From assembly GCA_002633005.1 (NCBI GenBank), contig NMRA01000126.1:140979-204978 (forward strand): a DNA stretch of 64,000 nt, read 5' to 3'. Source of the DNA: Phoronis australis (taxonomy: Eukaryota; Animalia; Phoronida). Made by a program: the position numbers and the translations under genes. Within the stretch, counting starts at the first letter, position 1; each line of letters opens with the position of its first letter. Below the pieces are notes generated by a model. The model had not been told where the DNA came from. It did no database searches and saw only the letters and a program-made list of their open reading frames with translations. Positions 38,916-51,053 of the stretch are shown one piece after another.

Positions 38916-39371
38916 AATGCCGGTCATGCTCACTTTATAGAAAATATCTGTCAACTTTCATAATAGGGAGGCAGACGCTAAAAGAGAAACTCAAAAATAG
39001 CAAAAGTAGCCACTTGGGGGTACAGAACAGGTCACATCTGTCTAAAACTGAGCAGATACCATGGTTTCCTGCATAAAAACTTATTTGACAAATTTCATGA
39101 AGATCTGTCAAGCAAGATAGGCCGAATGTTAACCTGTGTTCATGCGCTGGTTCGCAAGTTGTGTCACTTGATACATTGAACGTTCTGTGCAAGACATCAT
39201 GCAAGGGACTTTTTTGCATCATTCTGATTTATGCTAGAATTGCATTGTGATACCATTTGTATTTTAGAGAGAACACTGTAACGTAAATAGTTCCATAACC
39301 ATCTTTTTTATTTGTACTACTCTTACTATATCTTCTTCACGAGAAATTCTCCGAACTGACTTTGGGTGCTT

Positions 39372-40074
39372 TTAAAGGAGCATGCCACCCAAAAAACAAC
39401 CTTTTTTGTTTCAATTTAGATCGAGTAGTTTTACTCGACAACAGCACGCTCGGTTGCGTTACCTGACACGTGACGGCTGACGGAGGTGTTGAAATTATCC
39501 AATGATGTCATTGGTTTCACACGCAGTCTGTTCAGCAGTTCATAACACGGGTTGCTGGTGTCAGCTTATCGCTTGAATTCATCGTTTTAACAGCAAAAAA
39601 TCATCAAACTTCGACGCAAAACCCTTAAAAATACACCTAGTTCTTATAAAAACGTGTTGTTTTATTTCGCTGTTATTGGTATTTGGACACACCTACAAAT
39701 GTCGGCAGGCCAATTTACCAAGGTCCGTAGCGGAAGTTTGGGGTCTGTTAGGAGATAAATTTGAAGTATTCTTCCGTGAAATACAGACAGGAGAACCTAG
39801 CCACTTCCTAAGCATTTCAGAATCTCGAGGAAGTTGAAAAAACAATATGCCTGCTTTCCTCGCAGCTGCATAGTTCGGACAAGCGAGAAAGATGCACTGC
39901 AACATAGCGGCATTCACTCTGCAAATGAACCAGTGACGTCTCTGCGTCGTTTCTCACCTTCTTCACAGGTTAACGCGACACCTCTCGGCAAGGTAAGGTC
40001 GACCGTATGCGAGTCGATGTGGATATAGACCGATTGAGACGGTAAAAAAGACTAATTAAATCGGGTGGCATTAA
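39372..40074 (-). mobile_element. TTAA-bounded element with a THAP-domain remnant (Kolobok-like)
   Basis: TTAAAGGAGCATGCCACCC ... GGGTGGCATTAA; minus-strand MLQCIFLACPN...GILFFQLPRDSEMLRKWL resembles a THAP N-terminus; present only in copy 1. Confidence 0.6.
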
Positions 40075-40228
40075 GGAGCTACCTACCTGAGAGAATAGAT
40101 TGAGGTGGGTGTATAACAAAACATGGGCATTTAAAAGTCAAAACTTTAAAAATTATAGTTGGACGAACCATCACTTGACATTACATAAATGTATTATTAG
40201 CTTTAGTTAGTTTGTCACAAAGGTGATG

Positions 40229-40277
40229 CCACACCCTTAGCCACAGCGTAAACCATCTTTTTCCCAACACTTCTTTC
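40229..40277 (-). pseudogene. Duplicated orphan copy of the TMC exon ERSVGKKMVYAVAKGVA
   Basis: Acceptor CTTTCAG| retained; the GAAG|GTAC donor seen at 59885 is replaced by unrelated sequence and the frame runs on to SPL*. Confidence 0.7.
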
Positions 40278-41109
40278 CTGAAAGTGTACGTCAGCATGAT
40301 TTTGCTACAATAGGCACTACAATCAAAAATCCCCAAACTTATTCTCATTTGTTAATTCTATCGGATTTGTTAAGAACACAAAATAACATTTGGAGGACAT
40401 AAAGGCTAACACAAAAAGTCCAGTCAGACCACAATCTTTGGTTTATGTAACATGTCTCTCATGATATGTGCAACAAGTAATATCCAATACTATGAAAATG
40501 GAATTTAATACATGTAAACCATATGACAAATAAACAATCCAATTATATGATAAATTTACAAGTAAAACAAACTGCTGGTACAATGAAATGATAATTAAAA
40601 AATATCATATACATGAGATTACATGAGCATATAAGAGGGACCTCACTACATTTGAAAAACTTCAAGGACTTTTCACCCTAAAGAATGGCTTATTACTCAA
40701 TTACTAACTTGAGCCGGTTTTAAAAGCATAAAAAATTCTACAGTTTCTAAATAGGAAAAATTAATTATTCACCTGAAATTTGAAGTTTGAACCAAACTTT
40801 AGAAATAGGCAACATTGACAGTTACCAATTCAAGCAACATGATCAATTTGTGTAGGCAGCTACTTTTGACCATTTTCTGAACAGCCAAGTCTGCTATGTA
40901 AAACTCTGTTGACACAGAATGACCAACATTTAAGAAAAATGACGAACTCCAAAATCGTCCAAATAACGATCTTCAAGAAAATTCAATTTCAGCTTGAACT
41001 TCATTGTCCCAAACTTTAAGAGAAGTAACTGCCCCAAACTGGAAAATTTTTACTGTAACATAGCGTGCCAGTAATCAGGATATCATTGATGTCTGCACTA
41101 ATCTCCTGA

Positions 41110-41320
41110 CGAGGGTCGTTCAATAAGTTCTCGGCCTCACCCAGAAAACAACGCGATAGCAACTAATTTTGACTTTTATTTTTCAATATAATCTCCCGTT
41201 ACATCATTGCATTTCTTCGATCTGCAATGCCTTCGTAAAAGAAACTTTTGTCGAGCCTCTCAAAATACTCCTCCACTGCACTCATGACGTCATCATCGCT
41301 CACATACTGGCGTCCACGCC
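41110..41320 (-). mobile_element. Mariner transposon 3' fragment (transposase C-terminus plus TIR)
   Basis: RGRQYVSDDDVMSAVEEYFERLDKSFFYEGI.../KKCNDVTGDYIEK*; terminal CGAGGGTCGTTCAATAAG is a typical mariner TIR. Confidence 0.85.
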
Positions 41321-41399
41321 AATATCAGGCTCGGTTTTCTAATGAGTAAAACATCTCCAAATTTTAATAATGATTGTTCAAGCGGTTCGCCAGTTTGGT

Positions 41400-42417
41400 A
41401 GATGGAGAGGCCGATGCAAAAAAACGTACTCAAAATTGTTCAAATGGCCACAGAGTGGCACAAAACATGTCAAATCCACCCGAAAATGAGAAAGTGTCGT
41501 CATCTACGTAATAGAAACCTATTTATTCAATTTCATAAAAATAGTCCAAGGAGTTTCAAAGATACACAGGAAAAGGAAAAAAATGTCACTAGGGGTCACA
41601 GCGGCAGTCGGGTCCATCTAAATGCCGTCGTTCTCCGTTGCAAACTTCAAATAAATTCACTTGCCAACTTTGATAAAGATCCTGCAAAGGGCTTGGGAAA
41701 TACAGTACCTCAAACCCACCAAAAAACAAAAGAATAGCGTCATCTCACTAATTGGTGGCTATCTGTCAATTTTTATGAAAGTCCATAGAGGACCTTTGAA
41801 GATACAGGGGAAAACGTAAAAAAAACTAAAATTGCCAGCAGAAGGCACACCGGTAGTCAGATCCGTCCAGAATTCGTCGTCTTCTGTCAACTTCATATAA
41901 TTAAATACACTTCCTAAATCTAATAAAGATCTTGCAGAGTGTTTAGGAGAGATACAGCCACTAGGAGGCACCACAGTAGTCGAAGTCATCGGAAGATCAT
42001 CGTCAGCTGTCCTCGTCACTGTAAGAACATGTATGCCAATTTTCACAATTATCCTTCGAGTGGTTTGGTTGATAGAGGAGCGGACGCCAAAAAGACTCGA
42101 CAAAAGTAAAAATGATCGCAAAATATTTCGATTCCATCCGAAAATGGGAAAATAGCGTCATCTCACTAATAGATGCCTATCTACCAAATTTCAAGAAAAT
42201 CTGTTGATACAGAGATAAATGTAAATCACTATAATTGCCACTTAACGGGCACACCAGAAGTCAGATCCGCCCGAAAGATGGCTCATGCCATCCCATCCAT
42301 GAAAGGAACACATCCAAAATTTCATGAACATACATGAAAGGGTTTTGGAGATACAGATGCGGACCTCGAACGTCCACACAGAGATGGCGGTAATAGGCAC
42401 CCATGCGCATAATAAAA
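41400..42417. mobile_element. Helentron-associated (HINE/DINE-like) element with internal tandem subunits
   Basis: Shares subunits (GCGTCATCTCACTAAT, CACTAG..GGCAC..GTAGTC, GAGATACAG) and the end GATA..CAG..GCGGAC...CCCA..ATAA with 46778-50023; left boundary approximate. Confidence 0.55.
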
Positions 42418-43589
42418 TGAAGTTAAGGCCAAGCTGAAAGATTTCTAGAACACTTAGCATTTTTATAAGGCATGGCATTACTAAATATAATAACTCAACT
42501 CGCACATAGGTCAATTTTCACTCAGATTAGCTATCAATTTTATCGTGACACTGAAAGATCTGATTTTAACAAAACCAGTGGAACTTGCATTGAATCTGTA
42601 TATCGTAAACTTCTGCGACATTCTAGCATTCCACAGGCAGGTAAAAATTCGAAATCATGTACTCAGCCCCTCAGTCAAATCAGGCAGATTTTTCTTATTT
42701 AGGCTGAATAATTTGGTTCAATTAGATCGGAAATATGTAAGTTTTACTGTGCTAACATTAGACAGAGATCCTTTATCTTCCTATCTTAGCCATTAGAAAA
42801 ATGTCAGAAACAAAAACAGAATAGCAGTTCAGTATGATGAATGAGCATTTCGCAGTTGCATTACTGGATTATATAAGGTGTGTTTTTTATTAAATACAGT
42901 ATGTGATGTGGCATGACGTTGTTATTAGTTTATTATTCTATCCTAGGTTTTCATTATTTCAAATGTAGCTACTCCATCATTTGACAATACTATATTGATT
43001 TGTTTACTTTCTGCCCTAGAGTTTTCGTCACTGACTTCATTTGCTCAACAACATTACTGTCCTGACCCCTAGTGATACCCATATCAAGAAGATTTCACTA
43101 ATAAAACCAGCAGGCATTTTCCTTGATAAATGTAACTATCTGGAACTCTGAAGTATACATTCCTTGATTTGTGTACGTTTTTCCCTGTCTTCTATAGATG
43201 CCAGTCTTAGTGCACTGCTTTATGTTTAGCATAAAACCATTGAAGCTTAATCCCCCATTTTTGGCAGGTACCCCTATTGTCTAACTCAGAAGTCATGTTG
43301 GTAAATATTTCAGTTCAAGCGACTCCCTGTTCGCCAGTTTCTTATTTGGAAAGCAATGCGATTGGTCTATTTATTTTACATCTTTGCTATTTAGTTCATG
43401 TTCTCACAGTCACTGCCAGAAGTTCTTGATACATCGATCACTGTGATATCTCGAACCACTTTGAATTTTCAATATAACCCACAATCTGCATCAGTACATT
43501 GACTAAATGTCATTTACATCATCAAAATTTAAGAGGAAACCATCATGGAAAGACAATATTCGTGAGTGTTGAAATGTTATGTATGCTGA

Positions 43590-44845
43590 CAATTAAGCTA
43601 TTTGATAGAATGGAAAGCTGTTAATGGACAGTCAATGAAAAACTTTAAAAGTCTGAAATAATTCAATTACTTCCGGAGGCTGCATTGACAAGATTTCACA
43701 CCATAATTTGTACAATGACTGTGATTACTAAGTGTTATGTCAGACCATGTGACAACATCAACAATGAGTGGAACTCGGTCTGCATATTAAAAGCATTGAA
43801 TAGAGGTGAAGTATTGACTTGCAATTGCAAATGTATGGCCCGCTTAGGAAAGACATAGTCACATTGGTGCTGTCTTGAGGAAAAATGAATACGTTGTCAG
43901 AACGGGTATGACGGGCACTAGCTGCCCCGACATGTCCACCAATTGGAACAAGGGAACCAGGCAGAATATAGAGCCACAAATTCTTAATAAAATAGCTTCC
44001 AAAAACCCAAAATTACAGCACAATATTATTGAAGACTGTGATAATGTCAGTGCTGGACCGGGTGTGATGTTTTCATTTCAAAAGCATTCCAGGAACATTG
44101 TAACAAATCATGCTTGTCTTCCCTCATTCAGTTAAAAGGGACACTTATTAACAAAGTATTCAGTGGAAAGTCATTATCTATTACAATAGAAACACATATT
44201 TGTCATGATTGAACACTGGAATGTGGAAAGTGTAAAACGTTTTACGACAATGTCAAATAGTCAGATGCAAAAAAAGAGTTCTTGCAGCCACTATTGTTCA
44301 GTAAAGTGATTCTGGCTTGTGGAAGGACTTCAGGAAAATCAGCATAACATAAAGTGTTGCACATAAAGTCCCTGTGAAAGTAACCACCGATGCCATGATC
44401 TTTTTGACTTCCATCCTAGTTTTGCACGCAACTACTTTACTAAGTATATGAGAATCTGAACGAAGTGAAAGCACTCTACTGCCTCAGCAAGTCATTCACA
44501 AGTATTTCACAAGCTGGGTTCTCAGTTCCCCTTCAGAAAGCAGGTTAGCAGCAAGCCCTTATGGAATTCTAAACGGGAAATACATTGTTGGAAATAAAAT
44601 GTCAAGTTTCCTTCATGGTCTACCTTACATTTATTGGTATCATCAAATAAATATGATGTCGTGTTCAACAATGCAGAGTTCCAATTCATGGTCTACCTAT
44701 ATCAACTGGTATCATTAAATAACTATGAGGTGTTTAACAATGATGCTGCTTATTTCAAATGCAAAAATAACCAAGTTTTGTACTGGACTTTTGAGAAAGC
44801 AAACCTAGTTTTGTACAGAACTGACAATGACTGTAACGTTGTAAC
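43590..44845 (+). mobile_element. Degraded SWIM zinc finger plus YqaJ (lambda-exonuclease-like) transposon ORF (ISL2EU/KolobokP type)
   Basis: With stops and frameshifts: SMKNFKSL*FNYF, GEVLTCNCKCMARLGKT*SH/IGAVL, TSCPDMSTNWN, Q*SDSGLWKDFRKISIT, LAASPYG.../LEIKC. Confidence 0.75.
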
Positions 44846-45615
44846 AAGTATGAAAAAAGGAGCTCAGAATAAAGATAAAGTGATGGAAACACACAACACT
44901 GAGTAAATAAAATCCAAAAATGAGCGGAAAATTAAGGAAGCCTAGTCGAGACCCACTGCGATTTGCTTCAGTGCAGTGAGCTAAGTGCAACCAGCCATAG
45001 TCCTATCAAAAGCAAGCCCGGAGACTACAGAGTTCCAGAGTGTAACCGAGGAAGACGCCGGGTAAAGAAAACTGAAAGAATGCATGGTCAGCGGACTTGA
45101 GTGCATGCTTATTAGACAAGCACTCGCATTCTAAGTTCCCATTCGCAACCCATTCAACGTAACAGAATAATCCTCATTCTCACGATGCATAACGTCTACT
45201 GTTTGCCGACAGAAGAAACCGTGACAGCGGATACTTTATGGTTGCGAAGGCATTCACGGCTTGATCAACAGTAAGCTCATCAAGTTTGATTTCAAGGTGA
45301 CAGTTTACCCAACGTCGACACCAGACGACCATGAAGTGGCACGCTTTTCATAGTGTACGAAAAAACGCTCGGTATTACATAGAAAATGTCAAACCGTTTG
45401 TATTTCTTATTATTCAAGTAACACATTACGTTTATTTGTATTAAAGGCCTCTGGCCCAAAGTACAATATACACAATAATTAATCAGGCACATTTATTCCA
45501 GTAACACCTTATCAAACTGCCCTTGGCGGTACAGTAACCAGAAAAATTCTCTGCACACAGCTGTTACAAACAATGAACAAATAAGTGTTGTGACTGAAGT
45601 ACATCGATGAAATGA

Positions 45616-46623
45616 TTAGAATTGCGAAGACATGGTCGTTGACGCCACTTGCGAATTCTTTCCTTCACTGGTACCGCATGACTTCACGTACAACAGTATT
45701 TCACGGAGGCGACTATAAAATCTCCTGCTGCGACTCACATACAGAATTGGGTCTATTACAGGATTCAGTCTGTATCCGATTCCACAGACGAGAGCACCAA
45801 TTTTCAATGCCCTGTCGTCAAACAATCTCTGTACGTCTCGGGGGATGGTCATAATGAGAATTGTGACTGGAATATAGCAAATAGCAAACGACGAGGTGAT
45901 CAACAGTGACGTGACAGCACTTTTCATCGAACTTCGTGAGAGAAGTCTCTGATGAATTCGGATTTTGCGGAACATGAAGACATAGAGAGCGATAAGTATG
46001 AAGTAGAACAACAACATGAAACCATGTACTACGTGGTACACGCGAACAACCCAGACGTTGTCTAAGAAAAGAAAAAACCACCTGGTTGTCACAGGAAACC
46101 CAAAGTTGAAGAAGAGAGGTGCAAATCCAAACACGAATGCAAGAGACCAAACAATAGTTACGGCAATAAAGGCACGGACTTTGGTGACTACATTTGCATA
46201 CTCAAGTGGTTTCGTGACCGCCACAAGACGGTCCAAAGTAATCGTAATAGAGACGAAAAATGTCGAATATTGCATCACATCGCCCGCACACATGGATATC
46301 AAAACGAAATAAAAGTGGAAAGAATGCGGGAGGGTTGCGTTAACTTTCGCCGTAAAGCAGTCGACATTGAAGCCCCAAATATATACGATGTCAAACACTG
46401 GCGCCGTAAGATCCGATACAGCCAGACTCGTCAAAACAACCAGTGCAGGTTTTTTGTACTTGATAGAAAGCAATATGGACAAGGCAAAAACGTTCATTGT
46501 CAATCCAACACAGTTGAGCGAAGTAAATAAGATGTTGTAGACGGTACATAGGTTCGTTGAAGACGCATTCCCCAAGACTTCATGGCAATCGTATTCTGTT
46601 GCGTTTGAAGCCTGGTCCTCCAT
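45616..46623 (-). CDS. Class A GPCR, 335 aa, paralog of 31349-32356
   Basis: Intact ORF; 23 amino-acid differences out of 335 by manual comparison; same acceptor before the ATG. Confidence 0.95.
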   Translation of the reverse strand: MEDQASNATEYDCHEVLGNASSTNLCTVYNILFTSLNCVGLTMNVFALSILLSIKYKKPALVVLTSLAVSDLTAPVFDIVYIWGFNVDCFTAKVNATLPHSFHFYFVLISMCAGDVMQYSTFFVSITITLDRLVAVTKPLEYANVVTKVRAFIAVTIVWSLAFVFGFAPLFFNFGFPVTTRWFFLFLDNVWVVRVYHVVHGFMLLFYFILIALYVFMFRKIRIHQRLLSRSSMKSAVTSLLITSSFAICYIPVTILIMTIPRDVQRLFDDRALKIGALVCGIGYRLNPVIDPILYVSRSRRFYSRLREILLYVKSCGTSEGKNSQVASTTMSSQF

Positions 46624-46777
46624 CCTAACACAGAATGTAATTGTGTTAATGTCGTGCAAAGATTCTAGTACATTTTTAATGATTAAAAAAACAAAAATGT
46701 TGCTTGTGCGTTTTCAACCCTTTTGTAAACAAACGTAAACCCCGGAAACAAGCCGGTTTGGTATAACTGCTACATTA

Positions 46778-49700
46778 AACAAGAGCAACGCGGAGCGTTT
46801 GAAATGAACCACGAATGCATCGCAAATGGTGTGCTTTTAGGGTTATTTATTTGTATCATAAATTGGCCACTAGATGGCGCAAAAACGTACAATCCATCCG
46901 AAAACGGGAAGATGACATATTTCATAGAAATCTGTCAAGGAACTTCAGAGAAACAAAGGAAAAAAGAATAAAATGAAATTTTCACATGCTGGCATAGCAT
47001 CCGTTGGATCCACCTGAAAGTCGTCGTCGTCTGTTACCTTCACATAAATACACTTGCTGCATCGGGTTTAGGAGATACAGCTATGGTGCAAAACAAAACT
47101 GTCACTAGAGGCGCCACAGTAGTCAGTCGCCATCATCAAATGTCTTCTTCACACACTGAGAACAAATACGGGGCCAATTTTCAAAACCATGCCTAGAATT
47201 ATTTGGTTGATAGAGGAATGGACGCCAAAAACAAGATTTGAAAACAGCAAAAAAGGCCACTAGGTGGCGCAAAATACCTCAATTTCATCCAAAAAACAGG
47301 AGGATAGCGTCATATCACCAATAGATGCCGATATTTAAAATTTTAAGGAAATCTGTTGGGGATCTTTGACGATACAGAGGTAAACTTATAAAACTAAAAT
47401 TGCCACTAGGGGCACACCAGTAGTCAGATCTGTCCGAAAGTCGTCGTTATTCGCTGCTAACATCATCATACACTTACTAAATTTAGTAAAGATCCTGCAA
47501 ACGGTTTAGGAGATACAGCCATAGGCGCAAAAACAACAAAACTGACACTAGAAGGCGGTACAGTAGTCGAAGACGTCGGAAAATCATCGTCATCCGTCCA
47601 CTTCATAGTAAGAAAATTCAAGCCAATTTTCAAAATCATCCTTTGAGTGGTTTGGTTTATAGAGGGATGGACGCAAAAAACAGACTCGAAAACAGTAAAA
47701 ATGGCCACTGCGTGGCGCAAATTATGTCGAATCCATCCGAAAATGGGAGGATAGCGTCACCTCACTAATTAGTGCCCATGTACCAAATTTTATGAGAATC
47801 CGTTGAGGACATTTGAAGACGGATACAGAAGTAAACGTAAAAAATAAAATTGCCACCAGGGGGCACACCGGTAGTCGGATCCGTCCAAAAGTTCGCTATA
47901 GACCCTATTCACGCCGACAGTAGGCGCGTTCCAAAACGAGGCTCGCTACGATAGCTCTGGTGGCTTACGCGTAGTTGTACTCGGCGTTGCTCGAACAGCT
48001 AGAAAAAATACGGACACTCTGTTTTACAATCCCTAAGGACGTTGGGATTCGGAAGCGTTGGGTCCTTGCCATACGCCGCGACGAAGGAAAATATGTCCGT
48101 GAAAATTTTATAACTGTTTTCGAATCATAATTTGTCGCATCTCGGACTGGATGCCGCCATAGCAACGAGGACCGGAAAATCTTCGGCCAGCAAGACTGTG
48201 TTTTCATGACTATGGGTTGAAGAGCGATGCATTTTTCTTTACAAAAAGGACAGGGCCCTCAATCCCTCAATTTTGGGGCCAAATATCGGCCCTATTCTCC
48301 TCTCAAAAATATTGAAAAATCACGCGAAATTCCCGGCCACGAGGCCTGAAAAATCCCCTTTGTGATTGAAAATTTCTCTCCAACGGTTCAAATCACCTGT
48401 GGTACAAAATTTAGGGGGGGCAGGGGCCCGGCCCTCCCCCCCCTTGACTGCCGCAAGCAAAATAAACCAGCAAAACGTGAAGCGGGAGGCCGAAACTTGT
48501 ACCGAGTTCGAGCTAGCACCGGTAGCGGACGAGGGGGAAAACACGTTCAGTTTTATTTTTTTTAGTCCAACGACAGATTTCCTGAGCAGAAGGTATACAT
48601 CCTCGGCGCCCGCAACTTCCGCGCCGCCTGCGTGCATACAATCGCGCTTTGCCCGCTTCTCTGAGGATGTCGGGGCCCCCCTCACTAGNCCCTCGGCACT
48701 CGAGGCCAATATGGTATCCTAGATCAGCCACTAAAAATGCTACTTGGGACAGAGCTGTGAGAGCTTGCAAAAGGCCGGGTGCTATTGATGGTGATCGGGA
48801 GGTCAGTAGAGTTTTCACTGACCCGTAACTCGGCGAAACGTTGAGGCCGCACACACATGAGGCACATTTCCCCTCGGATATCATGAACGAGGCCTCTGAA
48901 GAAACATGATAACTATGCTTGTTCGGCCAGGGCCGGGGGATCCAGGACTTAGAGTTAGGGGAGGGGTATTAGCCAGGGTTTTGCCCGTCAGAAATTCGCG
49001 CTCCTGAACTGCCAAATGGAATCTGGGAGAATTTTAGGGGGGATCTGGGGCATAGCCCATTGGCTCCCCTCTAAATCCGCCACTGTGTTCTGTCCAATTA
49101 ACTGAAATTGAGCTCTAAAACGAGGTTATGCTTTGGACGAAAGAATTAGGTGTTCTAATTTTAAAATTCAACTTGGTCAAGATTGATTTTTGAAAAATAT
49201 AACACATGAAATAGACGTAATTATTAAAACCAAGAAAGCAGAATTGATTGTCATATAATTCTTATTTTCAGTTGCAAGCCTAGTTTTTTATCGTAATCAA
49301 AATATATATTTAATAACATCAAGTATTACTTCAGATCAATGACAAATCAACTGTTAGTCCCGGTAGTGCCTACCTCACCAGGACTTAGGCTATGCTTGAA
49401 TTTAATAGGCCTACTCTTGATCAACAAATTAAACCAGATGAGACTAATTGCACATGACAGCAAAATGCTATGAGCCACCACTGTCGAATATATCTTCAAC
49501 TCGTCAACAATACGACCAGATGACCTGGTTCGTGTAGAAAGCATTTTTATCAAGAATTTATTAGAAGAAACGTAACCCTGCATTCAGCATGATACCTTAA
49601 TCCGTAACACTACGATCGCCGCAATTTGGTCATGTTTACTTTTCATGTTTCGAACCTAGTTTTCCGGAAAAAACTTATATCCTTTCGTCAGACAACTCTT

Positions 49701-50023
49701 TGGTGCATTGACTTGTTCTTTAACTGTATTTTTCTACGTCTCTGTGGTTAATTATTGACACATTTTTTAAGATTTAATATTCAGGTTGGACTCCAAAACC
49801 GGCCATTTAACTCACGCAATGTAAATTTCCGCTTTGTTTATCGCAGTGAGCCTCGCTTTGGATTTTAATGTCCGCCGCGTGAATAGAGTCTATGCCGTCC
49901 TATTCACGGAAAGAACACATGCACAAAATTTCATGAACATACGTCAAGGCGTTTGGAGATAGCACAGCGGACACCGGACGCCGGACGGACGGAGATGACA
50001 GCATAATGCGCCCACATATTTAT
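46778..50023. mobile_element. Helentron-associated (HINE/DINE-1-like) element in the GPCR 5' intron
   Basis: Begins AACAAGAGCAACGCGGAGCGTT (short palindrome), has internal tandem subunits and a (GGAC)n microsatellite near the far end; inserted into an A-run with no obvious TSD relative to copy 1 (TACATTAAAAAAACGG). Confidence 0.7.
47900..49891 (+). mobile_element. ISL2EU-like DNA transposon remnant nested in the HINE
   Basis: TIRs AGACCCTATTCACGC / GCGTGAATAGAGTCT with AT duplicated on both sides; THAP-like FTIPKDVGIRKRWVLAIRRDEGK near 48020-48095; contains an N at 48689 and a small MITE at 48928-49085. Confidence 0.7.
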
Positions 50024-51053
50024 AAAAAACAGAAATTTGGTAGAGATAAACAAATGGGCAAACGTGGCTATTGTAAGTACAGGCAAAGTACAGACATCAC
50101 TACTGAGAAACTGAAAGCTTAGTTTCAACGACATTTTAGAAAATTTAAGTCTTTCCGGTCAACACCAACGATTAGCACAAAACTTGAGCACGATTGTCCC
50201 ACTCCTAGAAACTGCCTATCAGAATGTGTCATTTATCCCCAAGTCGACTCTCAGATGATAGCGGACTGGGACATTATAACTACTTTGTTCTTCGGTAACG
50301 CACATTCAATGTTTTACAAATACACTGTCAAATTAAGAACTAAATACAGCATCTGTCACTAGAACAAAAGTCAACAACGTACATTACACTTTCCAAAAGT
50401 TATCTTATTGAGACACTATACACTGAGAAGGTATTAATATATTACTCACTCGTTGCTTGATGAACTCAGAGAAACTTAATAATGTCGAGGCCTGGTATTT
50501 TCACTGCCTTGGCCGAAACATATCGTTGCTTCGATGAAACGTTATTTGAAGACTCAATCGAAAACTAGAGCTTTTCTGTTTGAAAATGGAGTAACTGAAT
50601 AAGGTTCCTTTGTGAATGCCCATATATTCTCTTCACGAGGAAATGCGTCAAGTCTTCTCGTGTCAACGTCCTTGAAATGTGTCTCTGATAGTAACAGACG
50701 ATCAAATAGACATGCATACCATTATATGTCGTATTTACACGAGGGAAATCGTGCTACCATAATGCAGCGTTTACATTTTTTCGAGGCGAACGAATACATG
50801 TGTAGTTGCATTCAACGAAAGAAAGCGACACCTAGCTATGATGTAAACCAATTTTGCGCCGTTCTAAGCACCATCGAGGAATTAATTGAACAGCAATTAT
50901 AAGGGTTGAGGAAGAACTCGATTCATTTTTAATTTTAACCGACTACAGTTTTATACAAGAGCAACGCCACGCAATACTACAAATCACGTAGGACCTTATT
51001 GACAAGCCTGTGCAAATTAGCCAAATATCTACAGAAATATAGCAACGAGGCCC

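Larger units (their letters stand above)
30640..41109. repeat. Segmental duplication copy 1 (GPCR plus TMC 3' end)
   Basis: Collinear with 44842-61130 from AGTATGA...GGAGCTCAGAATAAAGATAAAG to CTAATCTCCTGA. Confidence 0.92.

Noticed and set aside
42450-43570. Possible plus-strand exons with splice-like ends in the spacer
   Set aside because: Frames contain stops and no phase-consistent, recognisable protein emerged
23670-46623. GPCRs as opsins or aminergic receptors
   Set aside because: Position 7.43 is Arg not Lys, there is no C3.25 disulfide, and the TM3 Asp counts to 3.33 rather than 3.32
48320-48884. GC-rich overlapping ORFs of 118-129 aa
   Set aside because: Inside the ISL2EU-like element and spanning an N; decayed TE sequence rather than host genes
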